From Geosiphon pyriformis uo1 (lineage: Eukaryota; Fungi; Glomeromycota), in contig JAAOMT010000697.1 of NCBI GenBank assembly GCA_016748015.1, positions 825,152-889,151 of the forward strand: DNA of 64,000 bases, in the 5' to 3' direction. This document shows positions 25,105 through 43,256 of the stretch, piece by piece. Both the position numbers and the translations under genes were made by a program. Below the pieces are notes generated by a model, which saw nothing but the letters and a program-made list of their open reading frames with translations, had not been told where the DNA came from and did not search any database. The first letter of the stretch is position 1; the number at the start of each line of letters is the position of its first letter.

Positions 25105-26483
25105 ATGACTCGGTATAGAAGCTATTTTATCAACACCATATTCATATATGGTAACGATTTTTTTCCTCATTATTATAAACTATGACAGTTTACCAAAAAA
25201 TACCTTTTTTTACTTTTTTTGATACATTTGTCAATTTTCTAGGTGTTACTATTTGAATGACTAACCCATAATGTACAGGTTCTCCCTAATCCCTAATGTC
25301 ATATGCAGAATGCTGTTTGTTTAAAAACAATTTCCTGAAAATCTATTATTCTCCTATTTTGAAATAAATGCTCATTAAAAAGTCATGTGCATTCAATAAA
25401 GATAATACAACATCTAATATTTAGAGATACGAATTTATTATCATTTGCATAACAATAGTCAGTTGACTTTCTAGAGTTGGATGTAATTGAGTAATAATAA
25501 TACCTCGAACACCCATTATATGACTGTACTTTTTTTTTTTACCCCACATTTGCTAAATGGTAATTATTAATTCAATCTTCATGATTGTGAGAAAAACTTT
25601 ACCTAAATTGGAAATTAGGTGATTAGTTACGATATAAATTTATTTGTGTTATTAAAATAATAAAATACCTTTTAATGGTTAGATGGAAAAACAATTCATT
25701 AGTCATTACTTAATATCACTGCCCAGAGAAAAAATATGTGGGTTCATCTGATATACTCATAATATTTTTCCCGTTGGAAAAAATATTTTCCTGGACAGAT
25801 ATCTTCAAGATTCTAGCTAAAATTACAATTTCATAGACGTACCCCTACTTACTCCTGAATTGGTTATGGCGAACGATATCTCCATCTTTGGTCCCATGGA
25901 AAAATTCTAAATGAAAGGAAAAAACAATGTTAAAAAAATTTTTCATAATATTTGTAATAAAAAAATTTATCCAAATAATTATTAACCATCCCGTTTTATA
26001 AATGTTTTTTTGTTTATAATAATAATATGACCAGAAAACAAAGAAATCAAGAGCAATATGAAATTAAGTAAAAAAAAATACAAAATTATGGTATTGTGAC
26101 AAAGTTAGCAAAATAAAATTCGTATGCGAGAATATAAGAAGCATGAAATTATGCTATTTTCTCACTTGAATAATTGGCATTTTTTCCATTCTTTTATCAC
26201 AACCCATCACAGATTATTAACTTTTGCCACAATACCTATACCTCCATTTACCTTTTACCTTAATATAATTATGTTTTGCAATTTTTTTATTAATTTTTTG
26301 GTTTAATAATACCTTTAAATTTTTAATGTTTTTTTGCTTATATAAATAATTATAACAACAAAAAATCTTAATTAAATGACAATAATTTAATAAATACAAG
26401 TTATTTATAGTTTAAAAAAAAGCAAAATTTTAAAAAACTATTTTTCTATTTTTGATAAAAATACTTTTGTATACTTTTCGAAA

Positions 26484-29384
<2,901 letters not shown>

Positions 29385-30399
29385 CTGAAATTTTCAAGAT
29401 AATCAAACATTAATGTATTCTGATTATCATTTTTATAGTGAATAAAAAATAAAAATTGATTTTTTTATTAAATATTTTATTGAGTATTAAATTTTTAAAA
29501 CTGTTATTCAATAAACAATTTCATAGTAAAAAAACTTCAAAACACAACTCATATGTATATATATAATTAAGTTTAATTTTAAATTAGCATAATGATTGAA
29601 ATAAAATAATTTTAATTTATAAAAAATCATAATTGCAATTTAATTATAAGTTTTATTTTAAGTTAAATTTTTTTAAACTTAAAAAATAACTATTATTTAA
29701 TTTTAAACTTATTTTTACAATAAACATTATATTATTATAATTAAATTTTTATTTTGAATTAAACATTAATATAAATACAAAAATCAATTTAAATATTATT
29801 AAAATAATTAACAACTAATTTATTATTTTAACTTGTTATAAATATATTTAGTTAATTGTATTTTTGCCAATTTAAAATGTATTTTATAATATTATAAAAT
29901 GTGTTCTCTTTTAAAAATATTCATATATGTAAACATATTTTGTTTTCTGTAATAAAAAATTAACTTCACAATAAGAAACCATAATGCTTCAAATAAAAGA
30001 AACAAATCAGTTCATTGTTAAACAATAACCGTGGCCAAATTAAATATTAAGTGTAAATTTTGACCTATGATATAAATGTTGCCGATCACTAATTTTACTT
30101 AAACAAGTATCATACAGAAATTGAAATTGCAGAAAATAGGGTCCTTCAAATTCGTTTTACCTCAAATAATAATACAAGACTTGGCCAGCAGAGCCAACAC
30201 GTAGAATAAAGGATACCGAGAATTTTGGAAGATATTACCCATAGCGACCCCTGATATGAAAACCAGTAAATCTAAAAAGGATCTTCTGTTGGAAATAACA
30301 ATAAATCCAAACCAACAAAATGGGTGTTGCTGCTACCTCAAAATTAGAGTTTCTAGAAAAAACTTCTTTGGACCTTTGTAATCGACTCTTAATATATTA

Positions 30400-32293
30400 C
30401 TAGTATCGACCGGTGGCCATATCACCACGTACACGGTTATAATCTGGAAGGCCTTCCACTAATCATAATCAATAATAAGTTATAATTTACTTTGCCTTTT
30501 TCTCCTAAAGATAAGAAATATTTGGGACATAAAGTTTGTTCCTTACCAGGCCCCACACCGACAACAGCAACATCTTTGTCCCAGAGGTATTCACCAGCAG
30601 CTCGTCTTATATCATCAACAGTCACCTTAGAGACTAGTGCTTCCACTTCTTGAGGTGTGTTTCTCTTACCAGTGGTGATTATCTGACGACCTATATCTTC
30701 AGCTACGGCAGTTGTGCCATCAAGACCTAATAAAAGCGAAGCTTTTAACTGTTGTTTGGCTCGCTCTACTTCAGCTTCTGTGACTGAAGTATGCAATCTG
30801 TCCACGAAAAATATCTAAATTAAAATATGTTCAAATACGGAAAGTTCAATCACAAAGGGATACTTCATTTTATACCTCCAAAATTCCTTACAGGTAAAGT
30901 GCAATAAATCATCTAATTGCTCTTTATTTTCCGATATGAGATATATTCCAAATAAACCAGTGTCACTGTAGCTCGTGTTGAATGCTTGAAATGAATTTGC
31001 AAGCTGATTTTTGTGGATTATGTGAGAAAGTCGTGATGATAAATGAGGAGCAGAACCAAGAGACCGATCCCATGTTCCAATTATAGACTGTGCAACTAGC
31101 ATTGGATAGTAATCTGGAGAGTTCCATCCAACTCCTTCGACAGCTATAGCGATATGAGCTTGTGGCAAGTCGTCATTCCTCACGCGCACCTCGGAACCAG
31201 TAAACGGAGGCTTTTCACCACGAGCAATATCATGACCATAGGGATTCTCAGATGGGGGGAGAGAAGAAAAATGTTTTTCGGCCAGTTCAACTAACTCGTC
31301 ATGATCAACACCTCCCGTACCAACAAGAACCATACGATCTGCGGTGTAATTTTTTGCTACATAATCGACGAGATCTTGCCGTTTTAACGAAAGGATGTTT
31401 TCTTTAGGGCCAAGGATAGTACGCCCCAAAGAATGTCCTGATATTTTCACAATGTTTATTTTATTATTTTGGTAAATATGCCTAATAAAAGTCAGAGAAA
31501 AAAAATATAACTAATCTTCAGAAAGCTTTGTAAGAAGTACCTTGAAATGCAGTGGCGTGCAAATGATCAAAAACAACTTCTTCGAGCAGTTTATCTACTT
31601 CTTCTTGCTCCCTTATTATAACCTCACGTTCACGCTCTACAGCAGCCTCATCCAATGTAGAGTTCTGAAGAATATCAGAAAGAATTTCCACTGCGGTATG
31701 AGCATCATTTTTGAAGGTTCTCGCATAGTAAACTGTTTGTTCCCTCGAAGTGTAAGCATTTAAATGCGCCCCAATATTTTCAATAAACAGCTCAAGTTGA
31801 TGCTGGGATCTTGATTTAGTTCCCTAAATAAAAATATATATCGATTTTCCAATCGCAAATTTTTAGTTGATCAGACTGAAAAAAAACATGTTGATCCAAA
31901 TGCTTTCAAGTCAAAATTTTTACCTTAAAAGCCATATGTTCAAGAAAATGGGCCGCACCGTTATTACTGGCATTCTCAGCCCGGCTCCCGGCATCAATCC
32001 AAATGCCGACGGTTGCAGTTTGAGCATAGGGATTAGTTTCTGTTGCAACTGTGAGACCACTGGAAGTAAGACTGCTCCGCGTTAGAGTTTGATTAAAGTT
32101 GGTTTCTGAAGCAAACGGGCGTCCGAGCTTTACGGGCAAGGAGATTCGAAATGATGTTTAGCAGGGTGTTTGGTTTGTTTTCCTCCTTCTTCACTATTGG
32201 AAAAAAGCTTTTTGCAAGTTGCTTACTAACTTGTCTGACCAGTCTACGACCAACAGGAGCCCTCAAGGCACTAGAAAATAAGCGAGAGGCCAT
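30400..32293 (-). CDS. MAS1: Mitochondrial processing peptidase beta subunit, multi-exon
   Basis: Arg-rich presequence MASRLFSS..., [15 protein letters not shown] zinc motif, [33 protein letters not shown]. Confidence 0.95.
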
Positions 32294-32824
32294 GGGTGTC
32301 AAATAACTTGACAAAGGTTCTAACAACGAAAATTGGGAGAATCCACTATGATGAAGACAATTAATTTTATTAACCAATGAAAAAAATTTTACTTTATGCA
32401 ATTTTCAATCAAATTTATTTATTATTTCTAATCAAATAAAATTTGGGTTAAACAAAGATTTAAATCTTATTGCTGAATAATTTTTTTAACAATTTTGCAA
32501 AATTTTAAAAATTTCTGTTATTAAAATCTTTGACTAAAAACAAAGGAATAATTATATATCCATAATAAAATTTGCAAATATCAAAGCTTAGGAGATGAAA
32601 AGCAAAAAAAACGAAGGATAATGTGGGGAACGCCCACCTTCAAAATTGGATGTGGGTTTTTTTGTTGGTCCAAAGACCCAACATCAGATGTGCCACTCCT
32701 TTTTAGACGCGTTATTCGTGCCTCAGCTAATTTGTGGCGTCTCTGATGTCATATGCAGTGTGCCCATACATTGTTCTTTCCAACTAGCTTTAGGCTTACT
32801 CCTTCGCAGTTATTAATTTATTTA

Positions 32825-35800
32825 ATGTCTAATAAAACAGATCAAAGTAAGTAGCATTTTGTAGAGCTTTTACCTGATACTGTAATAAAGCACCATTAAC
32901 CCCGTCTTTATAGTTAATTTTAGTATAAATCAGCTGGAATCTTTGCTAGGCCAGCTCAGCCTTTCTAAGGGTAATATTTTAAATTTTTGACTTGTCTTTT
33001 GGTTGAAATTTGGGATGGGGAATTTTTTCCAGAGATCGTTATTGAATTATTACACCTAAATTTTGTCAGAACCTTATAACCTAACCACTAGTATCTCCAA
33101 TTTAATTTCTGGCCTCCAAAGTTGTAAACAAGCCTTATCTGCCCAGAATACAGAACGAGACGCACGAGAACACTGGTGGGGCTTGGTGACAAAGGCTGGA
33201 GAAATTTGTGCGACCTTTGCAAAAACTGGTGATTAATTTATAGAGTTTCTGTTGGATATCGATTTAAAGCATTTATTTAAGCTGTAGGAATTCTCTTTTT
33301 GAAATTCAAAAAAATTAGATAATGCTCGTGGCCCAATAGGATCATCTGGTACAATAGAACTAGCCGTTGATTTTCTTCGACTCAATACAACAAATGAATA
33401 TCCATCGGCTAATGTTCAATGCCTTCGAGTACTGGCAAATCTGTGCATAGATAATGGTGATAACATAGATGGTGCTTAAGTTTAGACCTGTTTGATTATC
33501 TTTTAATTAATTGATTGGTTGGTTGGTTTTGTCTTTAATTATTTAGAACAAAATCGAAAGAGAACATTAGATTCAGGTGGAATTGAAGCGATTTTATCGA
33601 ATTTCAATCACAAAAATAATTTAGAAATTCTTCGAACAGCATCTGGTACATTATTGAATGCCGGGCTTGAGTATGGTAAAGTACGAAAAGGGTTGATTTT
33701 TAAAGGTCCTGAAGTCCTTAATTCACCGAAATTTGGGCTCTTTAGACCCAATAAACATCGAGATTTTACGCTTAGGAGGATTGGAATCGCTGGTTTGGAT
33801 TCTAGAGCCTGATAATGTATTAATCAAGGACATTGATTCAGCTCGTACAACTGTTCATTTCACCGCTCGGGTTATTTTGAATCTGATTGGGACAGGTCTC
33901 GTTTAATCTTCTTGCCATTATGTGATCAATATTATTTTGTTTTTTAATATTAAGACATTTCCCTCCGTTCACAGATGAAGGGAAAAAGAAATTTGCTAAC
34001 GCAGCAGCGTTATCTTCTTTGATTAATTTATTATCATATGCATCATCGCCCGAGGCAACTGAAGAGGATATTGATATACTAGAAATTGTTATAGAAATTT
34101 TAGAAATTGTGGCTTTAGAGAATGGTAATTGATAAATTTGAAAATTCCTCATTCTTATAAAATATCGAGATTTAACTTTCAATGCATTCAACTACTAGAT
34201 GAAATACAACAAATTATTGTTCTTCAAGGTCTCCTTATTCCATTATTAGATTACTTGGAATATTCGAAGCCTCCTAATGAAAATGATCAAAGTCTAAGCA
34301 AAAAGTATGGAGAATGGAAAGCGGTAGTATTGAAAATAGTAGTTGCTACTACGATGACCGGTATTTTCGACATTTTCTTTCCATCCTTGTATGTTCGATT
34401 TCCGCTTATTGAATAGAATTGCAATTATTCATAGATAGCAATATGAACGTATTATTTGATAATGGTGTTATACTGGATCGATTCTTCCAGTGGTTGAATA
34501 TAGGGTCATCACGTGACGATCTGCAAATCTGTGCTGCTTTATCGTTGGGAAATTTGGCAAGAAATGGTAAAACAATACTATTTTATTCTTTCCAATATCT
34601 TAAACTGCTTTGCTTATATTTATTTCAATTTAAACCAAATAGATGCTCATTGTATTAAATTAGTGCAGGAATTCAATGTAGTTAAACCATTAATTCAAGC
34701 TTTGACTAGCTCTGCAAAAAATTTTAAAATACAACATGCAGTGGTTGGGCTATTGAAAAATTTGGCTATACCTGGTAAAGATTTAATCAAAATATAAATA
34801 ATCCGAATTAAAGATCGCTAATATCCCAACTTTTATTAGTAAGTAATAAAGCCCCCATTGGATCAATGGGTGTTATTGAACTGGTATCACCACTTCTATC
34901 ACAGGATACGATTCAACCGATTCAAGTTGGTGTAGTTGGGATTCTAAAACATCTTTCAGTTACCAATGGTTAATTCTTTTTATGCTTTATCACTTTTTAC
35001 TACATATCAATTTTGTAAAAAAATTTTAACTTTGACATCTTTACCCTAATCCATACCTTTTCTTAGCATCTAACTCCAAGCGAATAATACTTGGCGAACA
35101 TGTACCCGACATTGCCGATTCCCCTAAACCTCTTTCCCGACTTTTATCAGTAATCCAAAACACTGATGACATTTCCGTTCGAAGTGAAGGAACTCGTGTA
35201 CTGGTGAATTTAATTAAAAATATATGGAGTCAAGATTGTTTTTCAACGCTAGGTAAAACAGCCTTTCAATCGATAAACAAATTTTTACCATATATGTTCT
35301 CGAATTAATTATCAAAAAAAATCGGTGATTCCTTCCCTCAAAAGATAGAGACTTGGTTTTTCACCTACGATCCAGATTAAACACTCTTGAGGTGGTTCAA
35401 CCGATTAGTAAAATGATAACAGAATCGAAATATCCACTGTTACAGAATGAAGGCATTATCGGATTAACGTTACTTGTAATAGATGATTCAGCTAATTTGC
35501 GAGGCAAGTAAATTTTACTCTGTTTTGGATTATTTCTCAAACACCTGAACCTTATCATTTCATGCCTGTTTGAATTACTCCTTGACATCTATTGAAAGTA
35601 GGGTCAAACCCTTCCCTGGAAGTGCTGACAAATAATCAGAATGATGGATCAGTCGCGAACTCGCAAATTCCATCCAGCGATTCCAATCCAATACCCTCTT
35701 CCTCGACGTCTTTACCATCCTCCTCAGCCCCCCTGATCGATTTCATTCTCGCCATTATAATTAATAATCAAGAAAAATATCCTGACGAAATGAGAATTAA

Positions 35801-36078
35801 TGCATGTGGTTTACTTGAGAAAGCAGTCAAAACATCTAATAGATCATGTGAGTAATTTCTTTTTGGGAGATCTATATGTCAAATATTTGATTATTTACAA
35901 ATTTTTCAATCCAGACAAGCAATATTTCCGTGATCACATTCCCAGCTCGCTCTCACCTTTATTGGATCCTTCCCGAGTAAGGCCTGTATCTGAGATGGTT
36001 AAACGTGATGTTGAAAACCTTTTACGTGACTTGGATTATATGGATTCAATCATTTATGCTAACTCTGATCTTTTGTAG
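32825..36078 (+). CDS. RAP1GDS1: ARM-repeat protein, SmgGDS/RAP1GDS1 (Bem4-like), multi-exon
   Basis: LRVLANLCIDN, AALSLGNLARND..CIKLV, QHAVVGLLKNLAIP, VRSEGTRVLVNLIK. Start codon inferred from a short first exon MSNKTDQ. Confidence 0.75.
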
Positions 36079-36924
36079 AAATAACTAATGAGGTTTTGGT
36101 TATAGAAAACATGTACAAATTTATTTATTATAGAAAAAGGTCCAGTTTAAATAAAATTACCAACAAATTGAGATAAAGAAATTTAAAAAAATTGCTAATG
36201 TTTTATTTAATAAAATTGAACAATAATTAGTAATGAAAATTTATTAATTTGTCAGTTATAACAAAATTTGGTTTATTTATTATATATTAAAAAATAAATG
36301 TTGATCACAAATTATTGTTTATTTAAATTAATTTCGTAAATTTATTTATGCATATTAATAAATATTTTGTCATAATTTATTTACAATCTATTTTCTAAGC
36401 AAAATTGGTTTACATTATTTTATTTAATTATGAATTTAATACAATTTCTTATTAAATATTAATATCATTCTTATTATAAATTTTCGTATTGTATACGATT
36501 TTTTTTAATTTGATTTATAAACAGCAAGTTAAAAAATGAAAATTTTTTATTCAAAATGATAACAGTTTAAATTTACAAAATATATTGAAAAGAATCATTT
36601 TTGGTATTTAATCAAAATTAGATATATATTTGTAGCATCATTCAATTTTCATGAGAACCGCTTTGGAACCAGAAAGCATTGTTTTACAAGTTAAATCGCC
36701 ATAGGAAGCTTAATACGAAACGATAGATATTTGAGAATGAACTCAAATTTTTATACCCGGATTTTTGAGGCTCCCAGATACAAATACTTAAAGAACACAA
36801 TTTTCAGTAAACCAAAAGTATATTTTAGCAAGACGGTCGTGGGAAACAGATCTGTTTTAAGAAAGAAGAGTATTACTCACTTTATGCAATACTAACTCTC
36901 TGAACCGTTAGAGAACCTGGCAGT

Positions 36925-39900
36925 TTACTCCCAATAGTCCATTGCTCTCGGCCGAGTTCGGCCGGTACGAGAGACTTCGGTGGAATTGCTTGACAAATGT
37001 GGTTTCTCCGAGTTTTTAGTTTTTTGTTGCTGCCGATCTTGAGCTGAATGAATTTCAGCATGATCAAATGGTTGTTTCTTACTTTTTTGCAATTGATCGC
37101 TCCGAACTTCATCTCTTGTAGATTCATTCCTTTTAATTTCGCCGCGATTTTTGGTATCATCGATGTTTAGCTGTTTGTGAAAAAAAATTTTCGATTTTTT
37201 GCTTGAGCGGCTGGAAGTGTGGGAATGTTTCTTTTTCTTATGTCGTTTGGAGGATGAGTTCTTCCTGTGGCGACGAGTAAGAGAGTCATCGCTTTTGCTT
37301 TCATCTGATCCGGAGCCCTCCCCTCCTTTATGTTTTTTGGAGTTCGATGAAGAGTGCCAATCATCGTTATATGACCTCTTCTGATGGCTTCCTAGATTAC
37401 TAATTTGAGGTTCATCCGACTCTAAGTCTGCTATTTTGTGTCGTTTTAAAGATGAAGACTCAACGTGGAAGCTAGATGATCGCTTATCCCCAACATCTGA
37501 TCCCTCAGTAGAGCCTTTGCTGGTTGGCTTAGACTCGCGATTTTTATTTATATCTTGATGTGTTAATTCATAATTAGTGTCACTTGATTGGTCTCTGGAA
37601 GGTAATGTTCGCTTGCGCGAACTTTCCATAGTCTGAATATCGTCAAGAAATGATAAAGGTCCAGCAGATACATGGTCTTCGATTTTGGGAATATCATTGG
37701 ACTGTTCATTGGATGGTTTAGTGGAAGAAGCCAATATCATTTTATCGGTCTTACGATCGGATTTCTTAGTAAACACAGGTCGAAAAGGAATCTTTGGCTC
37801 AGTTTTAGATACAAGTAGGCTCTCTGTTTGTTTGGGCATATATTCCGTAGGCTGGTTGATCATGTTTGTTGATGCCTTTTTATTCAAGATGTAAGTAAAT
37901 ATAGTCTAATTAATCCAAGTTAGGGTGAATATACATTTATTACCTTTGGAGCAGATGCATCTTCTTCGCTATCCGCTACAGATTCAGACTCGAATATGGC
38001 CTTAAATATATCCATAGAGGGTCGGGTATAATCGATAGGTGCATCTTCTGCAGTATCAGGCTGTGGAGTTTCTGCTGCTATAGAGTCCTTTTCCTTAGGC
38101 TTTATGTCTGCATCCTTATTTATCGCGTCGGTGGTTTTAGTAAATAAACCAGGATTACTCTCCTGCAATATTTCATCCATTTGTTCTTTGCTGAGTGCCT
38201 GACGTTGACCTTTTTGCGTTTTCCCAGTATTGCTCTCAGGTTGTTCAGGATAAGGGTTTGCAACATTAAAACGCTTACATAAAAGGCGATTCGGGTAAAA
38301 TTCTTTCCGTGTACGTGTAAGTGCTCCAAACATATTCATTCGGGCAGCTGCCTCGGCCGAGGAATTGGAATCAGTGCCTGTCATTACGGAAGTTCCGTGC
38401 GAAGGTTGAGCAATTTCTGATGATTTTATTTCGGAAGGTACTTTGAGGCCTCCTTCTGGTTGCTTAAACTCCTGGACAATGGACATTGGACTGGCACTGG
38501 TAAATCTGGATGCTATCATACTTGACATAGGACGAAATATGCGCGCGGCCTTTGCAAAATCATTTAGCTCTTTAACAAACTCGTCTTCAGTAAAGCCCTG
38601 ATCAATAAGAAGCACCAGAATTTAAATTTTTCGATTGAGTTTGGTATTTTGCTCAATGAACGATTTACCTCTGGTATGATTGATTCTTGTAGACTCAATC
38701 CAGCATGGCCTTCGAGAAATCGCTTATATCTTGCCTGTCTTTTCAAGTTGTCTCCAAATGGTATAAATCCCTTGAGGGCTGCCAGAGCGACATCTTTTTC
38801 AATTTTGGGGATAGAAGATTTCAAAGTTTCCATGGAGGCTGGTTTTGTGTCTTTGAGACCTCCTATAATGTTATCCAACCGAGCTTTATCTTTGCGAGAG
38901 ACAAAATCAAATACAGATCGGGCCGGCGCTTGGGAAAAATTTTCCCCCAATGCAACCCCACGCTGTAGGTATCACAAATTAAATGGTTAATCGAATTGAG
39001 AACTTTTGAACATGAGGAAATTGAATCGAACAATACCTGATCAGCTAGAGCCGCTAAATTTGTAATTTTCGGACGAGTATCTTTGTAAGATTGAGATGAA
39101 GACTGTAAATTATCATTTAGAACAAGCGAATTAAATAGGTGTATTGGCTTGTATCCTGTCGGAATCTCGGGTGGGGGGAACCTGATTAATTTTATGAGCA
39201 TCGTATGTATTCAACAGCAGCATAGAACATTTGTATTTAAAAATTTACGGGGATCTTAGATACTTGCCATTTATTAAGAGGAACTGGTTTCTGAGCTAAC
39301 TCGAATCCTTCCAAGGCAATGCTTCCGTCATAACAGATGAGCGCGGAAGATTTCTGCCAATATAGGAAATCTAGTAGTAATCAGGGTAGCAATTATTTGC
39401 TAGTTTAAGAGATCAGTGAATACCTCAAGAACAGAACTTTTTCCGACCGGATTTTGTTTTTTTACTTGATTCTTGCCCATTATGATGGCCTCTTCACTTT
39501 CATCTAATAAAGATGATCGAGGATCAAGGATCGAAGTATCACCATATATATAATCTTCCTCGTCTTCTTCCAAGACACCTACTCTAATTCCTCCTATTCA
39601 TTTCAAAGTCAATGAAATTATATTTAGGAAAAAAAGAATAATATTGTACTCACCTTTAATAGGTAAGGAATGTATTCCTATAGGTGGCTGAGGATAACTA
39701 CCTGATCGATTGGAAAAAATAAAATTGTAAAGACGATTGGAAATAATTTTGTGTTTTGGTTAATTTTGGATATATATTACTTGAACGATCGGATTGAGCT
39801 TTTACTGCAAATTCGGGGGCGTTTTCGTATGGATTAAAACCGAGGCCAAAGGTATTATTTTTCTGATCGAAAGTGATCATCGCATTATCCTTAGGGGGAA

Positions 39901-41000
39901 ATGAGACTCCAGAAGGATAAATCTCATCATCTGATTCCGAATGATCTATTTTAAGAAATAATATATTATAAAAGAATTCAAGTTTAATGAAATATGTACA
40001 CTTCCAAAACAAACCTTGGTTTTGGGAATTTTTCTTTTGAATGCGGGGGCCAATTCCTTGACCTTCACGCCATCCCATTTTCTTCAGCAATAGCATACCT
40101 ATAGATTTAAAATAAGTGAGAATTGGGAAGATTGATGGAATATAGGAAATCCTGAAATGAGAAGTAACATAGAAAACGCATTCCTACCTACAGATTCATT
40201 ATTAGGAACAATCAAGTCATTAACTAACATTTCCGGCAGACCTTTTAATACACTGAAAGATGTAAGTAGGTTAGTTATTAAATGATTGGCAAACTCATTT
40301 GTATAGTTAAATTTTGCGGCAATTTCTAAATACCTTCTACTTTCACTCATAGCTTTTAAAAGTGCATTTTTCCTGGAAGATTCACGTTCTGTTGAACCCA
40401 AAGAGTCGAATTGTTCGGTCATGACCAATTGTTGATTTTGCCCCAAGTCCTATGGGACAATAACAGCAATTAGGCCAACCCATTTTAATAATAATTTTAA
40501 TGGTGATAATTGAAAATAACCTCCAAATCCTCTTCATCCATAAAATCCTGTGGTAATAGAGATTTTTTTCCAGATCGACTCGACCTTGAGGAAACAAAAG
40601 AGGATGGTGTCCATCCTAAGAGAGAGCGAATTAACAAATTAAAGGCCTTTAATTAATTCAAACAAAAAAAGAGTTCTTACCTTCTTTTGAGCCAACCGTG
40701 TTATAGTACCCCGCCGACCAGCCGCCTTTGAAAGCACCATGAAAGCGCCTAAGCCCATTTTCGTCGCGAACCTATGGAAATCACTGAAAATTCATAACTC
40801 CTGAACAATCATCAACATGAAGTACTGCCAAGGCTTACTTCTTGTTTCCAAACTGGTTGGAATTTTCCTGCGTCTGGAAGATCACCCGTAACAGTCTCGG
40901 GTAATTCCGTTCCATAAAAGACGAAGGTTTCGTAGGATTTCTTTTTTTCTTCGTCGTTAACTTTGGATAACTTAGCCTTCTTTCCCACAAACGAAGACAT
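36925..41000 (-). CDS. GPATCH1: G-patch domain protein 1 (splicing factor), multi-exon
   Basis: [39 protein letters not shown]-patch [37 protein letters not shown], basic tail ending RPRAMDYWE. Confidence 0.93.
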
Positions 41001-41277
41001 TCTGTTATAAAAGGTGAAATGACTTGCCTGTCCAAGATTCCCGAAATATTGAATATTCAAAATGATACAATAAGTACCTTTGGAGGAGCAAATATTAATG
41101 AGTTTTAACCATATACCAGATCAGGATGTAGATGCCTTTTGATTTTGTTCCAAACGAATGTGGCGCATGTGGCTTTAATTTTGTGAAAATCCCTTTCTAA
41201 ATATATACCATCTCCGAGTTCTAAATCTACTGGGTAGTATAAGCCATCCTGCTGCCAAGCTCTTACTTCGTATCAAT

Positions 41278-43029
41278 ATGCTAGAGTCGAACAGGCAAGC
41301 GCAAGAAAATGTTAATCTCACACAACAATCAAATGGGAAGGTTCCAACAACAGAAGGACGTGATCCTGCCTATTTTTCTTACTATGCCATGCTTCAGCAT
41401 CAGGTGGTTTTTGTTGTGTTCTTGCTGCTCTCAAATATAAAGAACCCAAGTGGCAAAACAAGGCTTCCCAAAGTCTAACTTAAAGTTCGTCTGCTGACCG
41501 AACAACCTAAACGATAAACGCAGCAAAACATGTTACAAGACACCGTTCGTACGTCAACCTATCGATCGGCTATTTTGTTGAACGGACCCACCTGTTTTTC
41601 CAATAAACTCGTCTTGGACGTTGGTGCTGGTAATTTTTTCTTGCTTTTGGGTGGTTGCTCTATTTAAATTTGTAGAATTAAATACGATGACACTTACCTC
41701 AGGTAATTACGCGTATATGCGTCAGGTTCTGGGATTCTTTCATATTTCGCTGTGCAGGCTGGCGCGCTCAAAGTATATGCGGTAGAAGCGTCTGAAATGG
41801 CCGAGAAAATGAAAAAAATTGTAGACGCAGCCAATTCTGCAAATCCAAAAGTTTATACGAAAAATGCTTTTTTGAAAAATAAAATAGAAGTAATCCAAGG
41901 TAAACCTAACCTTGAATTTTTTGTTTAATCATTTTTAATCATCTCCGTGATTCTTCTGGTCTTAGCCAAAATTGAGGAACCTAACCTTCCTATTCCAAAG
42001 GTTGATACCATTATCTCGGAACCTATTGGGGTTTTGTTAATTCATGAAAGGATGGTAAGACCTTTCCTTTTTTCTAAGCTCGTTCGTGTTGAATGATTAA
42101 AATTCTCGGACTTTATTGCGATTAAAATGTCTTTACAGCTGGAAAGCTTTCTGTTTGCCAGAAACACCTATCTCAAACCGGGGGGAACTCTCTTCCCTTC
42201 AAAAGGTTCAATACATCTTGCTCCCTTTACCGATGCTGCTTTGTGGAGTGAAACTATGGGGAAAGTGCGTTTTTGGGAACAAAATTCGTTCTTTGGAATC
42301 GATTTGTCAACCTTGTACAACGATGCGTGGGATGAAATGTTCGGTAAGGATAAAAACTTTGTTTACCCGATGATTCCCTAATAACTCTTATGAGTTTATT
42401 TAAAAGGTATGCCAGTGGTTGGGAGTTTCGATCCCCGTACATTAATTGCACCAGCTAACTCGGGTGGATATGTTGTTGATTTTTATACTGTAACGATTGA
42501 AGAGCTCCAAGACATGACAATTCCATTCACATGGCAAGCTCACTACACTGGCATCATTCATGGAATTGCTGGTTGGTTTGATTTGTATTTTGCTCCATCG
42601 TCTAGTGTTCTAGACGGGAGTGCAATCAATATGTCTACTAGCCCAACATCAGAACGGACACACTGGCAGCAGATCAGGTTCCTCTTGAAGGAACCGTTAG
42701 CGGTAAATGCCGGACAAACGGTGCAAGGTTGGATGCGTTGTGTAGTGAATGAAATGCGCTCATACACGGTGGAGATGGAAATTTTGGTTGGAGAAGGGGA
42801 ATTATCGAATCCACATACTCCGTTAATATTTAATAAAATGGATTATAACCGTCGATGGGGAAAATGGCATTTACATGCACAAACATATAACTACAATTAT
42901 TATCCACAGTCAGATATAACATTCAAACCCGAGTACAGTTGTCTCTATGGACCAGAGCTGGCATTAGATCTTGTAGTACAAAACGACATGGAGCAAAATC
43001 ACTTCATTTTCAAGGATTCTAATTCATGA
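41278..43029 (+). CDS. CARM1: Protein arginine methyltransferase CARM1/PRMT4-type, multi-exon
   Basis: [67 protein letters not shown] and APF(T/S)D are CARM1-type signatures. Confidence 0.88.
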
Positions 43030-43256
43030 TCATCGATTCATAGAAACCCTTTTCTGTGGGCATGTAATTTTATTACTTCTTGTCTTCACTACTTATATCA
43101 TTTGCTTCTCCTAATACTCTTCAAGGACTTCTAGTTTATTAAATATCTTGTCCTAGCAAATAGAAGCAAGCACTTCTAATTTATAGAAATATAACCAAGT
43201 GATATTGGAATTCATTTCCCCATAAATCCGGTTTTTAAACGGTATCGAAATCATTA

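Noticed and set aside
24958-25170. His/Leu/Tyr-repeat protein
   Set aside because: Translation of a hexamer microsatellite.
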